DNA of 64,000 nucleotides from Candidatus Aminicenantes bacterium (GTDB taxonomy: Bacteria; Acidobacteriota; Aminicenantia; Aminicenantales; Saccharicenantaceae), in NCBI GenBank assembly GCA_034679465.1, contig JAXDAV010000075.1, positions 12,912 through 76,911 of the forward strand, in the 5' to 3' direction. Both the position numbers and the translations under genes were made by a program. This document shows, piece after piece, positions 20,599-32,611 of this stretch (the first letter of the stretch is position 1; every line of letters starts with the position of its first letter). A model generated the notes under the pieces. It was not told the DNA's origin and searched no databases. It saw only the letters and a list, made by a program, of their open reading frames with translations.

Positions 20599-20892
20599 AT
20601 GAGCAGATCCCTCAGCAAGGGCCCCTTCATCGACGGCCACCTCCTGGAGAAGGTCCAGGCCCTGTCGACGCCGGCGGGCAAGCGCCAGATCATCAAGACC
20701 TGGTCGCGCCGGTCGACGATCATCCCCGAGATGGTCGGCATGACCATCGGCGTCCACAACGGCCGCAAGTTCATCCCGGTCTTCGTCACCGAGAACATGG
20801 TCGGGCACAAGCTCGGCGAGTTCTCCCCGACCCGGCACTTCAAGGGCCACACCTCCCGGACCGCCAAGCAGCTCAAGGTGGGCAAGACATGA
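20599..20892 (+). CDS. rpsS: 30S ribosomal protein S19
   Basis: [24 protein letters not shown]. Confidence 0.97.
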   Translation: MSRSLSKGPFIDGHLLEKVQALSTPAGKRQIIKTWSRRSTIIPEMVGMTIGVHNGRKFIPVFVTENMVGHKLGEFSPTRHFKGHTSRTAKQLKVGKT

Positions 20893-21248
20893 GCGCCCCG
20901 GCCCCCCTCTCCCACGCCGTCGCCCGCTGGGTCCGGATGAGCCCGCAGAAGGGCCGTCTCGTGGCCGACCTCGTCCGTGACCGCTACGTCGGCGAGGCCC
21001 TGACCATCCTGCGCTTCAGCGAGCGGAAGAAGATCAGCGCCATCCTCGAGAAGGTCCTGCGCTCGGCCATCGCCAACGCCCAGCAGAAATCGCCCCAGGT
21101 GGACGTCGACACCCTCTACATCTCGCGGATCCAGATCAACGGCGGCCCGATCGCCAAGCGCATCCGCCCGGCGCCCCAGGGCCGGGCCTACCGCATCCAG
21201 AAGCGGACCAGCCACGTCCATATCTACTTGAACGAAAAGGGGAAATGA
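20889..21248 (+). CDS. rplV: 50S ribosomal protein L22
   Basis: [24 protein letters not shown]. Confidence 0.95.
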   Translation: MSAPAPLSHAVARWVRMSPQKGRLVADLVRDRYVGEALTILRFSERKKISAILEKVLRSAIANAQQKSPQVDVDTLYISRIQINGGPIAKRIRPAPQGRAYRIQKRTSHVHIYLNEKGK

Positions 21249-21919
21249 CCGTGGGACAGAAGACACACCCGTACGGATTCCGGCTCGGATTCAACAAGCC
21301 CTGGTCGTCCCGCTGGTTCGCCAAGGGCCCGGACTACGCCCGCCTCATCCACGAGGACCTGGGGATGAAGAAGGCCATCAAGGAGAAGTACTTCCACGCC
21401 GGCATCGCCGGCGTCGACGTCGAGCGCGTCGGCCCCAAGATCCGGGTCATCATCCACACGGCCCGGCCCGGCATCATCATCGGCCGCGGCGGCAAGGAGA
21501 TCGAGAGCCTCAAGGCCTATCTCGAATCGATCGCCAAGCGCGACGTCTATGTCGACATCCGCGAGGTCGACAAGCCCGAGCTCAACGCCCTTCTGGTCGG
21601 GGAGAGCATCGCCGTCCAGCTCGAGAAGCGCATCGCCTACCGGCGGGCCATGCGCAAGGCCGTCGAGTTCGCCCTGAAGATGGGGGCCAAGGGCATCAAG
21701 GTCATGTGCGCCGGCCGCCTCGGCGGCGTCGAGATCGCCCGCTCCGAATGGTACCTCAAGGGCCAGCTCCCGCTCCAGACCCTCAAGGCCGACATCGACT
21801 TCGCCTTCACCGAGGCCTTCACGACCTACGGCCAGATCGGCATCAAGGTCTGGGTCTATCGGGCCGACGTCGAGAAGCCCAAGATGACCTCCCAGATGGC
21901 CGAGGTCGAGGAGATCTAG
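21245..21919 (+). CDS. rpsC: 30S ribosomal protein S3 (alternative GTG start at 21251)
   Basis: [32 protein letters not shown]. Confidence 0.97.
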   Translation: MTVGQKTHPYGFRLGFNKPWSSRWFAKGPDYARLIHEDLGMKKAIKEKYFHAGIAGVDVERVGPKIRVIIHTARPGIIIGRGGKEIESLKAYLESIAKRDVYVDIREVDKPELNALLVGESIAVQLEKRIAYRRAMRKAVEFALKMGAKGIKVMCAGRLGGVEIARSEWYLKGQLPLQTLKADIDFAFTEAFTTYGQIGIKVWVYRADVEKPKMTSQMAEVEEI

Positions 21920-21921
21920 CC

Positions 21922-22344
21922 ATGTTGATGCCCGCGAAAGTCAAATTCCGCAAGCAGCAGCGGGGGCGCATGCGGGGCACGGCCCTGCGCGGCGGCACGC
22001 TGACCTTCGGCGAGTTCGGCCTCCAGGCCACCGAGCCCGGCTGGCTGTCCTCCCGGCAGATCGAGGCCGGCCGCATCACCATCACCCGGCACATGAAGAG
22101 GAAGGGCAAGCTCTGGATCCGGACCTTCCCTTGGAAGTCGGTCACCAAGAAGCCGACCGAGGTCCGGATGGGCAAGGGCAAGGGCGACCCGGAAACCTGG
22201 GTCGACGTCATCCGGCCGGGCAAGATCCTGTTCGAGGTCGAAGGCATCGGCCTGGCCGAGGCCCGGGAGGCCATGCGCCTGGCCGCCCACAAGCTGCCGA
22301 TCAAGACGCGGTTCATCTCCCGGGAACAGAGGGAGCTCAGATGA
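21922..22344 (+). CDS. rplP: 50S ribosomal protein L16
   Basis: [28 protein letters not shown]. Confidence 0.97.
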   Translation: MLMPAKVKFRKQQRGRMRGTALRGGTLTFGEFGLQATEPGWLSSRQIEAGRITITRHMKRKGKLWIRTFPWKSVTKKPTEVRMGKGKGDPETWVDVIRPGKILFEVEGIGLAEAREAMRLAAHKLPIKTRFISREQRELR

Positions 22345-22538
22345 AGATCAAGGTACTCAGCGAACTGTCGGTCGAGGAGCTGAAGCACAAGGAAGGGGAG
22401 CTCGTCGACCAGCTCTTCAAGCTCCGCTTCCAGAAGTCCCTCGGCCAGCTCGAGAGCCCGATGAAGATCAAGACCATCAAGAGGGACATTGCCCGGATCA
22501 AGACGCTCTTGAACCGGGTCCCGACGGCCACGGAGTAG
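22341..22538 (+). CDS. rpmC: 50S ribosomal protein L29
   Basis: LFKLRFQ...[10 protein letters not shown]. Confidence 0.93.
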   Translation: MKIKVLSELSVEELKHKEGELVDQLFKLRFQKSLGQLESPMKIKTIKRDIARIKTLLNRVPTATE

Positions 22539-22541
22539 CCC

Positions 22542-22913
22542 ATGGACACCCCCAAGACAGCACGGAAGACGACCAAGATCGGGACCGTCATCGCCCGGAA
22601 GATGCAGAAGACGGTCACGGTCCAGGTGGAGCGGCAGGTCCGCCACCCCCTCTACCGGAAGACCATCCGGAGGAAGCAGACGTTCCTCGTCCACGATGAG
22701 GCCGGGGCCTGCAAGGTCGGCGACGTCGTCCGCATCATCGAGACGCGGCCGGTCAGCAAGACCAAGCGCTGGCGCGTTTGCGCGGTCATCGGCCTGACGC
22801 CGGAGCTGACGGCCAGCCCGATCGCGGAGAACCCGCTGGAGATCGAGACGGCCGGCGCGGACGAGACGGCCGGGACGGCCCCGGCCGAGCCCGGGACGGG
22901 AGAGCCCCAATGA
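22542..22913 (+). CDS. rpsQ: 30S ribosomal protein S17 with acidic C-terminal extension
   Basis: [25 protein letters not shown]. Confidence 0.95.
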   Translation: MDTPKTARKTTKIGTVIARKMQKTVTVQVERQVRHPLYRKTIRRKQTFLVHDEAGACKVGDVVRIIETRPVSKTKRWRVCAVIGLTPELTASPIAENPLEIETAGADETAGTAPAEPGTGEPQ

Positions 22914-23278
22914 TCCAGATGCGCACGATGCTCAAGGTCGCCGACAATTCCGGCGCCCGGCGGATCCAGGCGATCACGCCGCTCGGCGGCAGCGTCGGCC
23001 GGGTGGCCCGGATCGGGGACATCATCTCGGCGACCGTCAAGGAAGCCGACCCGGAGAGCAAGGTCCAGAAGGGCAAGGTCATCCGGGCCGTCGTCGTCCG
23101 GACGCGCAAGGAGCTCCGCCGCCGGGACGGCTCCTACATCCGCTTCGAGGACAACGCCGCCGTCATCATCGACAAGGCCGGCGAGCCCGTCGGCACCCGC
23201 GTCTTCGGCCCGGTCGGGCGCGAGCTCCGGGAGCGGAAGTTCACCAAGATCATCTCCCTCGCGCCGGAGGTCCTCTGA
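22910..23278 (+). CDS. rplN: 50S ribosomal protein L14
   Basis: [32 protein letters not shown]. Confidence 0.97.
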   Translation: MIQMRTMLKVADNSGARRIQAITPLGGSVGRVARIGDIISATVKEADPESKVQKGKVIRAVVVRTRKELRRRDGSYIRFEDNAAVIIDKAGEPVGTRVFGPVGRELRERKFTKIISLAPEVL

Positions 23279-23610
23279 TGCCTAAGATCGCGCTCAAGAA
23301 GAACGACCTCGTCGTCGTCGTCCGGGGCAAGGACAAGGGCAAGCAGGGCAAGGTCCTGAAGCTCTTCCCCGAGACCAACCGGGTCATCGTCGAGAGGATC
23401 AACTTCGTCAAGCACTTCGTCAAGGCCGACCGCAGCAAGAACCAGCAGGGCGGGGTCATGGAGAAAGAGGCGCCCATCGCCGTGTCCAACGTCATGCTCT
23501 ACTGCTCGGAGTGCGGCCAGGGCGTCCGGGCCCGCAGCCGGCGCCTCGAGGACGGCAGCAAGATCCGGCTCTGCCACCGCTGCGAGACCCTGATCGAGAA
23601 GCAGAAGTGA
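23278..23610 (+). CDS. rplX: 50S ribosomal protein L24
   Basis: [19 protein letters not shown]. Confidence 0.95.
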   Translation: MPKIALKKNDLVVVVRGKDKGKQGKVLKLFPETNRVIVERINFVKHFVKADRSKNQQGGVMEKEAPIAVSNVMLYCSECGQGVRARSRRLEDGSKIRLCHRCETLIEKQK

Positions 23611-23620
23611 GGATGCGCCC

Positions 23621-24163
23621 ATGAGCCGCTTATACGAGAAGTACCGCAAGGACGTGGTCCCGGCGCTCCAGGAGGAGCTCGGCATCACCAACGTCATGGC
23701 CGTGCCCCGCCTGGTGAAGATCATCGTCAACGTCGGGGTCGGCGACGCCATCACGAACATCAAGCTCCTGGACACGGCCAAGGCCGAGCTGGCCCAGATC
23801 ACCGGCCAGCTGCCGGGCGTCGGGCGGGCCAAGAAGTCGATCTCGGCCTTCAAGCTGAGGAAGGGCCAGCCGATCGCCTGCTACGTCACGCTCCGCAGCC
23901 GGCGGATGTACGAGTTCTTCGACCGGCTGGTCAACATCGTCCTGCCCCGGGTCCGGGATTTCCGCGGCGTGCCGGCGACGTCCTTCGACAGCCGCGGCAA
24001 CTACACCCTGGGGATGCGCGACCAGCTCGTCTTCCCGGAGATCGACTACACCAAGGTCGAGCGGCCCCGGGGCATGAACATCACCATCGTCACGACGGCC
24101 CGGACGGACAAGGAAGCCCTGGCCCTCCTCAAGAGGCTGGGCATGCCCTTCCGGGAATCCTGA
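23621..24163 (+). CDS. rplE: 50S ribosomal protein L5
   Basis: [24 protein letters not shown]. Confidence 0.97.
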   Translation: MSRLYEKYRKDVVPALQEELGITNVMAVPRLVKIIVNVGVGDAITNIKLLDTAKAELAQITGQLPGVGRAKKSISAFKLRKGQPIACYVTLRSRRMYEFFDRLVNIVLPRVRDFRGVPATSFDSRGNYTLGMRDQLVFPEIDYTKVERPRGMNITIVTTARTDKEALALLKRLGMPFRES

Positions 24164-24177
24164 GAATCGAGGTCCCT

Positions 24178-24363
24178 ATGGCAACTAGCGCGCGAATGGC
24201 CAAGATGGTCCGCCAGCCCAAGTACGCGATCCGGGTGCGCCGCCGCTGCCGGCTGTGCGGGCGCCCGCGGGCCTATTACCGGAAGTTCGATCTCTGCCGC
24301 CTGTGCTTCCGCGCCCTCGCCCTGCGGGGCGAGATCCCGGGCGTGACCAAGTCGTCCTGGTGA
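24178..24363 (+). CDS. rpsZ: 30S ribosomal protein S14 type Z (Zn-binding)
   Basis: 61 aa; CRLCGRPR...LCRLCFR...GVTKSSW. Confidence 0.95.
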   Translation: MATSARMAKMVRQPKYAIRVRRRCRLCGRPRAYYRKFDLCRLCFRALALRGEIPGVTKSSW

Positions 24364-24383
24364 GATCGGAGAAAGGAACACCC

Positions 24384-24773
24384 ATGGACTCTTTATCGGA
24401 CCTGCTCACCCGGATCCGCAACGCGGTGAAGTCCAAGAAGCGGGAAGTCAACATCCCCTCCTTCCGCCTGGGGGTCGAGGTCGTCAAGATCCTCAAGGAG
24501 GAGGGCTACGTCAAGAACTACAAGGTCATCGACGACAAGAAGCAGGGCGTCCTCAACGTGACGCTCAAGTACACCGAGGACAACCGGAGCGTCATCAGCG
24601 GCCTCAAGCGGGTCAGCACGCCCGGCTGCCGGATCTACTGCACCGGGAGCTCCGTCCCCAAGGTCCTGGACGGCCTGGGCCTGGTCATCGTCTCGACGTC
24701 CCGCGGCGTCCTGACCGGCCGCGCCTGCGAGGAGCTGGGCACGGGCGGCGAAGTCCTCTGCAGCATCTGGTAG
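24384..24773 (+). CDS. rpsH: 30S ribosomal protein S8
   Basis: [28 protein letters not shown]. Confidence 0.96.
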   Translation: MDSLSDLLTRIRNAVKSKKREVNIPSFRLGVEVVKILKEEGYVKNYKVIDDKKQGVLNVTLKYTEDNRSVISGLKRVSTPGCRIYCTGSSVPKVLDGLGLVIVSTSRGVLTGRACEELGTGGEVLCSIW

Positions 24774-24791
24774 GCGGGGAGAGAGGGTACC

Positions 24792-25337
24792 ATGTCGAGA
24801 GTCGGGAAAAAACCCATCGCCATCCCGGCGGGCGTGACCGTCACGGTCCACCCGGACCGGATCGACTTCGAGGGCCCGAAGGGCCGGCTGACCACGCCGC
24901 TGCGGCCGGGCATCACGGCCGCCCTCGAGGGCGGGAGCCTGGTCCTGAGCCGGGCGGACGCGTCCAAGGCCGGCGGGGCCAACCACGGCCTCGGCCGGGC
25001 CCTGGCCCACAACGCCGTCGTCGGCGTCAGCGCGGGCTACGTCAAGCAGCTCGAGATCGTCGGGGTCGGCTACAAGGCCAAGATCGAGAAGGGCAAGCTC
25101 GAGATCAACCTGGGCTATTCCCGGCCGATCGTCTACGCCATCCCCGAGGGGATCGAGATCGTCGCCGAGAAGCCGACCCTGCTGACGGTCCGGGGCATCG
25201 ACCGGCAGAAGGTCGGCCAGGTGGCGGACGACATCAAGAGCCTGCGCCTCCCGGACCCCTACAAACAGAAGGGCGTCCGCTACCTCGGCGAGCGGCTCAT
25301 CAAGAAAGAACGAAAGGCGGGAGTGACCGGTGCTTAA
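24792..25337 (+). CDS. rplF: 50S ribosomal protein L6
   Basis: MSRVGKKPI, GVGYKA, PDPYKQKGVRY. Confidence 0.96.
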   Translation: MSRVGKKPIAIPAGVTVTVHPDRIDFEGPKGRLTTPLRPGITAALEGGSLVLSRADASKAGGANHGLGRALAHNAVVGVSAGYVKQLEIVGVGYKAKIEKGKLEINLGYSRPIVYAIPEGIEIVAEKPTLLTVRGIDRQKVGQVADDIKSLRLPDPYKQKGVRYLGERLIKKERKAGVTGA

Positions 25338-25704
25338 AGACAAGACAACCGAGCGTAAGGTCCGGGACGTCCGTCTCCGGAGGCGGATCCGCGAGAGGGT
25401 GAAGGGCACGCCGGAGCGGCCCCGCCTCCACGTGTTCAAGAGCAACGCCTACATCTACACCCAGGTCATCGACGACCTGAAGGGCGCCGTTCTGCTGACC
25501 GCGTCGACCCTGGAGAAGGACTTCCGGGCCCGGGCCAAGAGCTCCAAGAACAAGGACGCCTGCGTCCGGCTCGGCGAGCTGCTGGGCCAGCGCCTCAAGG
25601 CGGCCAAGATCGACAAGATCGTGTTCGACCGGGGGACCCACCCCTATCACGGCCGCATCCAGACCCTCGCGGAGGCCATCCGCAAGGAAGGCATCCGGTT
25701 CTAG
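25330..25704 (+). CDS. rplR: 50S ribosomal protein L18
   Basis: [23 protein letters not shown]. Confidence 0.95.
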   Translation: MLKDKTTERKVRDVRLRRRIRERVKGTPERPRLHVFKSNAYIYTQVIDDLKGAVLLTASTLEKDFRARAKSSKNKDACVRLGELLGQRLKAAKIDKIVFDRGTHPYHGRIQTLAEAIRKEGIRF

Positions 25705-25732
25705 GCGGACGGACCAGCAAGGAGAGACACAC

Positions 25733-26254
25733 GTGGACGATCGCAGACACACCAGGAAAGTCGGGGTCCTCGACGAAGAGGGCATGGAGCTCAAGGACCA
25801 GGTCATATCCATCCGCCGGGTCACGAAGGTCGTCAAGGGCGGCAAGAACCTGAGCTTCTCGGCCCTCGTCGCCGTCGGCGACGGGCGCGGCCGGGTCGGC
25901 ATCGGCAAGGGCAAGGCCCGGGAAGTGCCCCAGGCCATCGCCAAGGGCGTCGAGGCGGCCCGCAAGAGCATGATCCGGGTGCCCCTGGCCGACACGACCA
26001 TCCCGCACCTCGTCAAGGGCGTCGACGGCGCCGGCCTGGTCGTCCTGCGCCCCGCCTCCAAAGGCACCGGCGTCATCGCCGGCGGGGCGGTGCGGGTCAT
26101 CATGCAGTTGGCGGGGATCCGGGATATCCTGACCAAGTCCATCCGCAGCAGCAATCCCATCAGCGTCGCCAACGCGACCCTGGACGCCCTGCGGCGCATC
26201 CGGAACCCCGAGGACGTGGCCAAGATCCGCGGAAAGGCGAAAGGTGCGCTATGA
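25733..26254 (+). CDS. rpsE: 30S ribosomal protein S5
   Basis: [27 protein letters not shown]. Confidence 0.96.
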   Translation: MDDRRHTRKVGVLDEEGMELKDQVISIRRVTKVVKGGKNLSFSALVAVGDGRGRVGIGKGKAREVPQAIAKGVEAARKSMIRVPLADTTIPHLVKGVDGAGLVVLRPASKGTGVIAGGAVRVIMQLAGIRDILTKSIRSSNPISVANATLDALRRIRNPEDVAKIRGKAKGAL

Positions 26255-26499
26255 CCGACGTTGCGAAAAGACCCCAGAAGGCGCCTAAGCGCACCGAGCC
26301 GGCGGCGGGCGGGACGTTCGTCAAGGTGACGCTCGTCCGCAGCCTCATCGGCACCCCCCGCGACCAGCGGGAGACGGCCAAGGGCCTGGGCCTGCGGAAG
26401 CCCCAGTCGAGCGCGGTCCTCGAGGACACGCCCGCGGTCCGGGGCATGATCCGCAAGATCGTCCACGCCCTCAAAGTGGAAACGGTGGAGAAGCCATGA
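26251..26499 (+). CDS. rpmD: 50S ribosomal protein L30 with N-terminal extension
   Basis: [23 protein letters not shown]. Confidence 0.92.
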   Translation: MTDVAKRPQKAPKRTEPAAGGTFVKVTLVRSLIGTPRDQRETAKGLGLRKPQSSAVLEDTPAVRGMIRKIVHALKVETVEKP

Positions 26500-26948
26500 A
26501 CCTCAGCAACCTGAAACCGGCCCGAGGATCGAGGAAAGACCGGAAGCGCGTCGGGCGCGGGCCCGGATCCGGCCACGGCAAGACCGCCGGAGCGGGCAGC
26601 AAGGGCCAGCTCCAGGGCAGCGGCTATTCCCGCAAGCGCGGCTTCGAGGGCGGCCAGATGCCCCTGACCCGGCGCATCCCGAAGCGGGGCTTCACCAACA
26701 TCTTCCGCGACGAGATCGCCGTCGTCAACCTGGACCGCCTGGCCAAGCTCCGGAGCGAGGAGATCGGCCCGCCGGAGATGGCCGAGCACCGCCTGATCCG
26801 CAAGGCCACCGACCGGGTCAAGGTGCTCGGGCGGGGCGAGCTCGCGGCGGCCAAGACCGTGCGGGCCCACGAGTTCTCCGCTTCGGCGGTGAAGAAGATT
26901 GAGGCCAAGGGCGGCCAGGCCGTCGTCATCGGGAAAGGCCAATGTTAG
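26496..26948 (+). CDS. rplO: 50S ribosomal protein L15
   Basis: [28 protein letters not shown]. Confidence 0.96.
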   Translation: MNLSNLKPARGSRKDRKRVGRGPGSGHGKTAGAGSKGQLQGSGYSRKRGFEGGQMPLTRRIPKRGFTNIFRDEIAVVNLDRLAKLRSEEIGPPEMAEHRLIRKATDRVKVLGRGELAAAKTVRAHEFSASAVKKIEAKGGQAVVIGKGQC

Positions 26949-28324
26949 ACAGCATCCGCAACATCTTCAGCATCCCCGAGCTGCGGAAGAGGGTCATCTT
27001 CACCCTCCTCCTGCTCGCGGTCTACAGGATCGGCGGCCAGCTCCCCATCCCCGGCCTCAGCGCCGCGGCCCTCAAGGAGTTCTGGCAGTCCCAGCAGGGC
27101 TCCCTCTTCGGCTTCATCGACCTCTTCTCGGGCGGGAACATGTCCCGGATGACCATCTTCGCCCTGGGCATCATGCCCTACATCAGCTCGTCCATCATCC
27201 TCCAGCTGCTGACCGTCGTCTGGCCCTACCTCGAGCGGCTGTCCAAGGAGGGCGAGCTCGGCCGGAAGAAGATCACCCAGTACACCCGCTACGGCACGAT
27301 CGTGATCTGCCTCGTCCAGGGCATCGGCATCGCCTTCTTCCTCCAGAACCTGACCAGCCCGGCCGGGGCGCCCATCGTGCCCAATCCGGGCTGGGGCTTC
27401 ATGCTGATGACCGTCCTGACGCTGACGACCGGCACGGTCTTCGTCATGTGGCTCGGCGAGCAGATCTCGGAGCGGGGCATCGGCAACGGCATCTCGCTCA
27501 TCATCTTCGCCGGCATCGTCGTCGACTTCCCGAGCGGCTTCCTGGGCCTGGTCTCCGGCCTGCGGACGGGGGAGATGGACCCGCTGAAGATGATCTTCCT
27601 CGGCGCCCTCATGGTCGCGGTCATCGGCTTCATCGTCTTCGTCGAGCGGGGCCAGCGCCGCATCCCCGTCTCCTACGCCAAGCGGGTCGTCGGCCGCAAG
27701 GTCTACGGCGGCCAGAGCACGCACCTGCCGCTCCGGGTCAACACCGGCGGCGTCATCCCGATCATCTTCGCCGCCTCGGTCATCACCATCCCGACAACCC
27801 TGGCCAACCTGATCAAGATCCCGTGGGTCCAGACGTTCGCCGCCCAGTTCCTCCCGGGCATGCCCCTCTACAACCTCGTCTACATCGCGGCCATCATCTT
27901 CTTCACCTATTTCTACATCTCGATCATCTTCAATCCGGTCGACGTGGCCGACAACCTCCGCAAGTACGGCGGCTTCATCCCCGGCATCCGGCCGGGCAAG
28001 AACACCTCCGACCACATCGACGACGTCCTCAGCCGGATCACCCTGGCCGGCGCGATCTACCTGGCCGCCGTGGCCATCCTGCCCGAGTTCCTGATCACCG
28101 GCTTCAGGGTCCAGGGCCTGCCCCTGATCGGCCCCTGGCTCGACGCCAACCTGCCCAAGTTCTTCACCGAGGGCCTGGGCATCAACTTCATGTTCGGCGG
28201 CACCTCGATCCTGATCGTCGTCGGCGTGGCCATGGACACGATGCAGCAGATCGAGGCCCAGCTGGTCATGCGGCACTATGACGGCTTCATGCGCCGAAGC
28301 CGCATCCGCGGGAGGCGCGGATGA
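26942..28324 (+). CDS. secY: preprotein translocase subunit SecY
   Basis: FALGIMPYISSSII, WLGEQISERGIGNG, IPGIRPG, FGGTSILIVVGV. Confidence 0.98.
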   Translation: MLDSIRNIFSIPELRKRVIFTLLLLAVYRIGGQLPIPGLSAAALKEFWQSQQGSLFGFIDLFSGGNMSRMTIFALGIMPYISSSIILQLLTVVWPYLERLSKEGELGRKKITQYTRYGTIVICLVQGIGIAFFLQNLTSPAGAPIVPNPGWGFMLMTVLTLTTGTVFVMWLGEQISERGIGNGISLIIFAGIVVDFPSGFLGLVSGLRTGEMDPLKMIFLGALMVAVIGFIVFVERGQRRIPVSYAKRVVGRKVYGGQSTHLPLRVNTGGVIPIIFAASVITIPTTLANLIKIPWVQTFAAQFLPGMPLYNLVYIAAIIFFTYFYISIIFNPVDVADNLRKYGGFIPGIRPGKNTSDHIDDVLSRITLAGAIYLAAVAILPEFLITGFRVQGLPLIGPWLDANLPKFFTEGLGINFMFGGTSILIVVGVAMDTMQQIEAQLVMRHYDGFMRRSRIRGRRG

Positions 28325-28986
28325 GGGTCATCCTCCTGGGCGCGCCCGGAAGCGGGAAGGGGACCGTCGCCGAGGCCCTGCGCTCGGACCGCGGCTTCCC
28401 CAAGATCTCCACGGGAGACCTGCTCCGGGAGGCCGTCCGGGAGAAGACGCCCCTCGGCCTGGTCGCCGCGTCGCAGATGGGCCGGGGCGGCCTCGTCGAC
28501 GACGCGACCGTGCTGGCCCTGCTCCGCCGGCGGCTGGACCGGGGCGATTGCGCCGGCGGCTACGTCCTCGACGGCTTCCCCCGGACCCTCAGCCAGGCCG
28601 ACAGCCTGGACGCCCTGGGCCTCGCCGGCCCGGAGATCGTCTTCGACCTCCAGGTCCGGGACGAGGTCGTCCTCGAGCGGCTGGCCGGGCGGCGGTCGTG
28701 CCCCCGCTGCGAGGCCATCTATCATCTCGTCAACAAGCCGCCGAAGGTCCCCGGCGTCTGCGACGTCTGCGGCACGGCCCTGGTGCAGCGCCCGGACGAC
28801 ACCCCCGAGGTCATCCGGGAGCGGCTCAAGACCTATCATGCCAAGACCGAGCCCCTGATCGCCCGTTACGCGGCCAAGGGCACGCTCTGCCGGATCGACG
28901 GCAACCGCGCGGCCGGCGAAGTCATCCGCGACGTCCGCCGGGTCCTCGACGACGCCCTGGGGCGGCCGGCCGGGGCGGAGAGGTGA
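28321..28986 (+). CDS. adk: adenylate kinase (Zn-binding LID)
   Basis: GAPGSGKGT, ISTGDLLR, LDGFPRT, CPRC...CDVC. Confidence 0.96.
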   Translation: MRVILLGAPGSGKGTVAEALRSDRGFPKISTGDLLREAVREKTPLGLVAASQMGRGGLVDDATVLALLRRRLDRGDCAGGYVLDGFPRTLSQADSLDALGLAGPEIVFDLQVRDEVVLERLAGRRSCPRCEAIYHLVNKPPKVPGVCDVCGTALVQRPDDTPEVIRERLKTYHAKTEPLIARYAAKGTLCRIDGNRAAGEVIRDVRRVLDDALGRPAGAER

Positions 28987-28988
28987 CG

Positions 28989-29786
28989 ATGATCACGCTC
29001 AAGTCCGCGACCGAGCTCGAGGCCATGCGCCGGAGCAGCGCCATCGTGGCCGCCGTCCTGGGCGAGCTCGAGCCCCTGATCAAGCCGGGCATCCGGACGC
29101 GCGACCTCGACCTCTACGCCGAGAAGAGGACCCGCGAGTTCGGCGCCGTGCCGGCCTTCAAGGGCTACCGGGGCTACCCCGCGTCGGTCTGCATCTCGGT
29201 CAACGAAGAGGTCATCCACGGCATCCCTTCGGGGCGCCTCCTCCAGGAGGGTGACATCGTCAGCCTCGACTTCGGCGTCCTCTACGAGGGCTTCTACAGC
29301 GACTCGGCCCTGACCGCGCCCATCGGCCGGGCCTCGGCCGAGGCCCTGAAGCTCATCGCCGCGGCCGAACGGTCCTTTTTCAAGGGTCTCGAGCAGATGA
29401 AGGAGGGCAACCGCCTGTCGGACATCTCGGCGGCCATCCAGGAGTCGGTCGAGAGCGAGGGCTTCTCGGTCATCCGCCAGTTCGTCGGCCACGGCATCGG
29501 CCGGGCGCTCCACGAGGAGCCCCAGGTCCCCAATTTCGGGGCGCCGGGGCGCGGCCCGAAGATCCGGCCCGGCCTGACCCTGGCCATCGAGCCGATGATC
29601 GCCGCCGGCGGCTCGGAGGTGGAGATCCTGGAGGACGGCTGGACGGCCGTCACCCGGGACCGCCGCCCGGCCGCCCATTACGAGCATACCGTGGCCCTGA
29701 CCGAGAACGGCCCCGAGGTCCTCAGCGCGAGGACGCCCGGCGCCCGGCCGGGGGACCGCCCGGTCAAGGAGAGCCCGCATGCCTAG
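28989..29786 (+). CDS. map: methionine aminopeptidase type I
   Basis: [33 protein letters not shown]. Confidence 0.96.
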   Translation: MITLKSATELEAMRRSSAIVAAVLGELEPLIKPGIRTRDLDLYAEKRTREFGAVPAFKGYRGYPASVCISVNEEVIHGIPSGRLLQEGDIVSLDFGVLYEGFYSDSALTAPIGRASAEALKLIAAAERSFFKGLEQMKEGNRLSDISAAIQESVESEGFSVIRQFVGHGIGRALHEEPQVPNFGAPGRGPKIRPGLTLAIEPMIAAGGSEVEILEDGWTAVTRDRRPAAHYEHTVALTENGPEVLSARTPGARPGDRPVKESPHA

Positions 29787-29997
29787 ACAGGACATGTTCG
29801 AAGCCGAAGGCGTCGTCCTGGAGACGCTGCCGAACGCCATGTTCCGGGTCGAGCTCCAGAACAAGCACGTCATCCTGGCCCACATCTCGGGGAAGATGCG
29901 CAAGCACTTCATCCGCATCCTGCCGGGCGACCGGGTCCTCCTGGAGCTGTCGCCGTACGACCTGACCAAAGGCCGGATCACCTATCGATTCAAGTAA
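29779..29997 (+). CDS. infA: translation initiation factor IF-1
   Basis: [25 protein letters not shown]. Confidence 0.97.
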   Translation: MPRQDMFEAEGVVLETLPNAMFRVELQNKHVILAHISGKMRKHFIRILPGDRVLLELSPYDLTKGRITYRFK

Positions 29998-30009
29998 AAG
30001 GACGGGACG

Positions 30010-30123
30010 ATGAAAGTCAAAGCCTCCGTGAAGAAGATCTGCCGGAACTGCAAGATCGTCCGGCGCAAGGGCGTGGTGCGGGTCATCTGCTCCAACCCGA
30101 GGCACAAACAAAAACAGGGATAG
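30010..30123 (+). CDS. rpmJ: 50S ribosomal protein L36, not in the ORF track
   Basis: Hand translation [37 protein letters not shown]. Confidence 0.96.
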   Translation: MKVKASVKKICRNCKIVRRKGVVRVICSNPRHKQKQG

Positions 30124-30135
30124 ACGAGGTACCCC

Positions 30136-30516
30136 ATGGCAAGAATCGCAGGCATCACCCTCCCGCCGGACAAGCGCATCGAGGTCGGGCTGACCTACAT
30201 CTACGGCATCGGCCGGTCCAAGAGCCGCCAGATCCTCGACGAGGCCAAGATCGACCGGAACAAGAAGGTCAAGGCCCTGGCCGAGGACGAGATCAACAAG
30301 ATCCGCCAGATCATCGAGAAGCGGGAGAAGATCGAGGGCGACCTCCGCAAAGAGGTCACCATGAACATCAAGCGGCTGGTGGACATCGGCTGCTACCGCG
30401 GCCTCCGGCACAAGAAGAAGCTGCCGGTCCGGGGCCAGCGGACCAAGACCAACGCCCGGACCCGCAAGGGGAGCAAGGGCCAGCGGATCAAGAAGCTCAA
30501 AGAGAAGGCCGCGTAA
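30136..30516 (+). CDS. rpsM: 30S ribosomal protein S13
   Basis: [28 protein letters not shown]. Confidence 0.97.
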   Translation: MARIAGITLPPDKRIEVGLTYIYGIGRSKSRQILDEAKIDRNKKVKALAEDEINKIRQIIEKREKIEGDLRKEVTMNIKRLVDIGCYRGLRHKKKLPVRGQRTKTNARTRKGSKGQRIKKLKEKAA

Positions 30517-30531
30517 GGAGGGCCAGCCGCC

Positions 30532-30921
30532 ATGCCGCCAAAAACGAGCGCCAAGAAAAAGAAGACCCGCCGGGAGATCGGATTCGGGGTGGCCCACATC
30601 CAGTCCACCTTCAACAACACGATCATCACCATCACCGACAACGTCGGCGCGACGGTCGTCTGGGCCAGCGCCGGCACGTCCGGCTTCAAGGGGGCCCGCA
30701 AGGGGACGCCCTTCGCCGCCCAGCTCGCGGCCAAGGACGCCGCGACCAAGGCCCGGGAGTTCGGCGTCCGCTACGTCGACGTCCGGCTCAAGGGGCCCGG
30801 CGCGGGGCGGGAGTCGTCCATCCGGGCCATGCAGGCCGCCGGCCTGGAGATCAAGTCCATCAAGGACGTGACGCCGATCCCGCACAACGGGTGCCGGGTC
30901 CGCCGCCGGCGGCGGGTCTGA
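30532..30921 (+). CDS. rpsK: 30S ribosomal protein S11
   Basis: [24 protein letters not shown]. Confidence 0.97.
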   Translation: MPPKTSAKKKKTRREIGFGVAHIQSTFNNTIITITDNVGATVVWASAGTSGFKGARKGTPFAAQLAAKDAATKAREFGVRYVDVRLKGPGAGRESSIRAMQAAGLEIKSIKDVTPIPHNGCRVRRRRRV

Positions 30922-30940
30922 GGGCCGGAAGGAGACCATC

Positions 30941-31567
30941 ATGGCGAAATACCAAGGAGCCGATTGCCGGCTCTGCCGCGTCGAGAAGAACAAGCTCTAT
31001 TTCAAGGGCGCCAAGTGCCTGACCGACAAGTGCCCCCTCGAACGGAGGGCCTATGCCCCGGGGCAGCACGGCCGCTCGCGCAAGAGGGTGCTGGGCTACG
31101 CCATCCAGCTTCGCGAGAAGCAGAAGCTCAAAAGATATTACGGCATGTCGGAGGAGCAGTTCCGCTTCTTCTTCGACCGGGCCGAACGGCAGAAGGGCGT
31201 CACCGGCGAGAACCTCCTGTCCATGCTCGAACGGCGTTTCGACAACGTCGTGTTCCTGCTCGGGTTCTCCCTGTCCCGGGGCCACGCCCGCCAGCTCATC
31301 GGCCACGGCCATTTCCGGCTCAACGATCACAAGGCCGACATCCCGTCCGCGCTGGTCAAGCCGGGCGACGTCATCGCCCTCCGGGTCCGATCGGCCAAGA
31401 GCCCGGACATCCAGGCCGTGGCGGCCTCGAACCGCTCCAAGACCGTGCCCGCCTGGCTGGAGATGGACTGGGAGAGCCTGAAGGGCCGGGTCCTGGCGCT
31501 GCCGACGCGCGCCGACGTCACCCTGCCGGTCGAGGAACACCTGGTCGTCGAGCTGTACTCCAAGTAA
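30941..31567 (+). CDS. rpsD: 30S ribosomal protein S4
   Basis: CRLCR, PGQHG, QLREKQK, LERRFDNVV, VVELYSK. Confidence 0.97.
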   Translation: MAKYQGADCRLCRVEKNKLYFKGAKCLTDKCPLERRAYAPGQHGRSRKRVLGYAIQLREKQKLKRYYGMSEEQFRFFFDRAERQKGVTGENLLSMLERRFDNVVFLLGFSLSRGHARQLIGHGHFRLNDHKADIPSALVKPGDVIALRVRSAKSPDIQAVAASNRSKTVPAWLEMDWESLKGRVLALPTRADVTLPVEEHLVVELYSK

Positions 31568-31579
31568 GGAGGAGATCAC

Positions 31580-32611
31580 ATGACAGAGTCGAATTTTCAG
31601 AGACCCAAGTTCTTGGAGTGCGATTACGAGACGCTGACCGGCCAGTACGGCCGCTTCCTGGCCCAGCCGTTCGAGCGGGGCTACGGCGTCACCGTGGGCA
31701 ACGCCCTCCGGCGCATCCTGCTCTCCTCGATCACCGGCGCGGCCATCACGGCCGTGCGCATCCAGGGCGTCCTCCACGAGTTCTCGACCATCCCCGGGGT
31801 GGTCGAGGACGTCACCGACATCATCCTCAACCTCAAGTCGATCCCGTTGAAGTCCAGGGCGGACGGGCCCAAGCGGATGACGATCAAGAAGACCGGACCG
31901 GCCACGGTCACGGCCGCCGACATCGCCCATGACCCGGACATCGAGATCCTCGACCGCGACGTCTCCGTCGCCTCGCTCGACACCGACGGGACCCTGGACG
32001 TCGAGATGGTCGTCAAGAACGGCCGCGGCTACGTCCCGGCCGACCAGAACTTCGACGAGGACCAGAGCCTCGACTACATCCCGCTCGACTCCTCCCACTC
32101 GCCCGTGCTCAAGGTCAACTACAAGGTCGAGCCGGCCCGCGTCGGCAAGCGGATCGATTACGAGAGCCTGACCCTCGAGGTCTGGACGACCGGGGCCGTC
32201 CGGCCCATGGACGCCCTGTCGCAGGCGGCCAAGCTCATGCGCGACCACCTCGGCATCTTCCTCAACGTCGTCGACGAGCCGCTCGAGCGCGACTCCTCGC
32301 CGTCGAAGAAGGAGATCCCGTTCCTCGGCCAGGCCGACGTCCTGGCCAAGACGATCGACCACCTGGAGCTCTCGGTCCGCTCCAACAACTGCCTCCGCTC
32401 GGCCGGCATCGAGCGGATCTACGAGCTCGTGCTGAAGTCCGAGGACGAGCTGCTCAAGACCAAGAACTTCGGCCGCAAATCCCTTGCCGAGATCAAGGAG
32501 ACCCTGGCCAATCTGAACCTCGGGCTGAATCTCGAGCTTCACCCCCGCCTGATCGAGCGGATCCAGGCGGAGGTCAAGGCCAGCGCGCCCGAGAAGGAGA
32601 CGGAGGCATGA
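31580..32611 (+). CDS. rpoA: DNA-directed RNA polymerase alpha subunit
   Basis: [36 protein letters not shown]. Confidence 0.98.
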   Translation: MTESNFQRPKFLECDYETLTGQYGRFLAQPFERGYGVTVGNALRRILLSSITGAAITAVRIQGVLHEFSTIPGVVEDVTDIILNLKSIPLKSRADGPKRMTIKKTGPATVTAADIAHDPDIEILDRDVSVASLDTDGTLDVEMVVKNGRGYVPADQNFDEDQSLDYIPLDSSHSPVLKVNYKVEPARVGKRIDYESLTLEVWTTGAVRPMDALSQAAKLMRDHLGIFLNVVDEPLERDSSPSKKEIPFLGQADVLAKTIDHLELSVRSNNCLRSAGIERIYELVLKSEDELLKTKNFGRKSLAEIKETLANLNLGLNLELHPRLIERIQAEVKASAPEKETEA

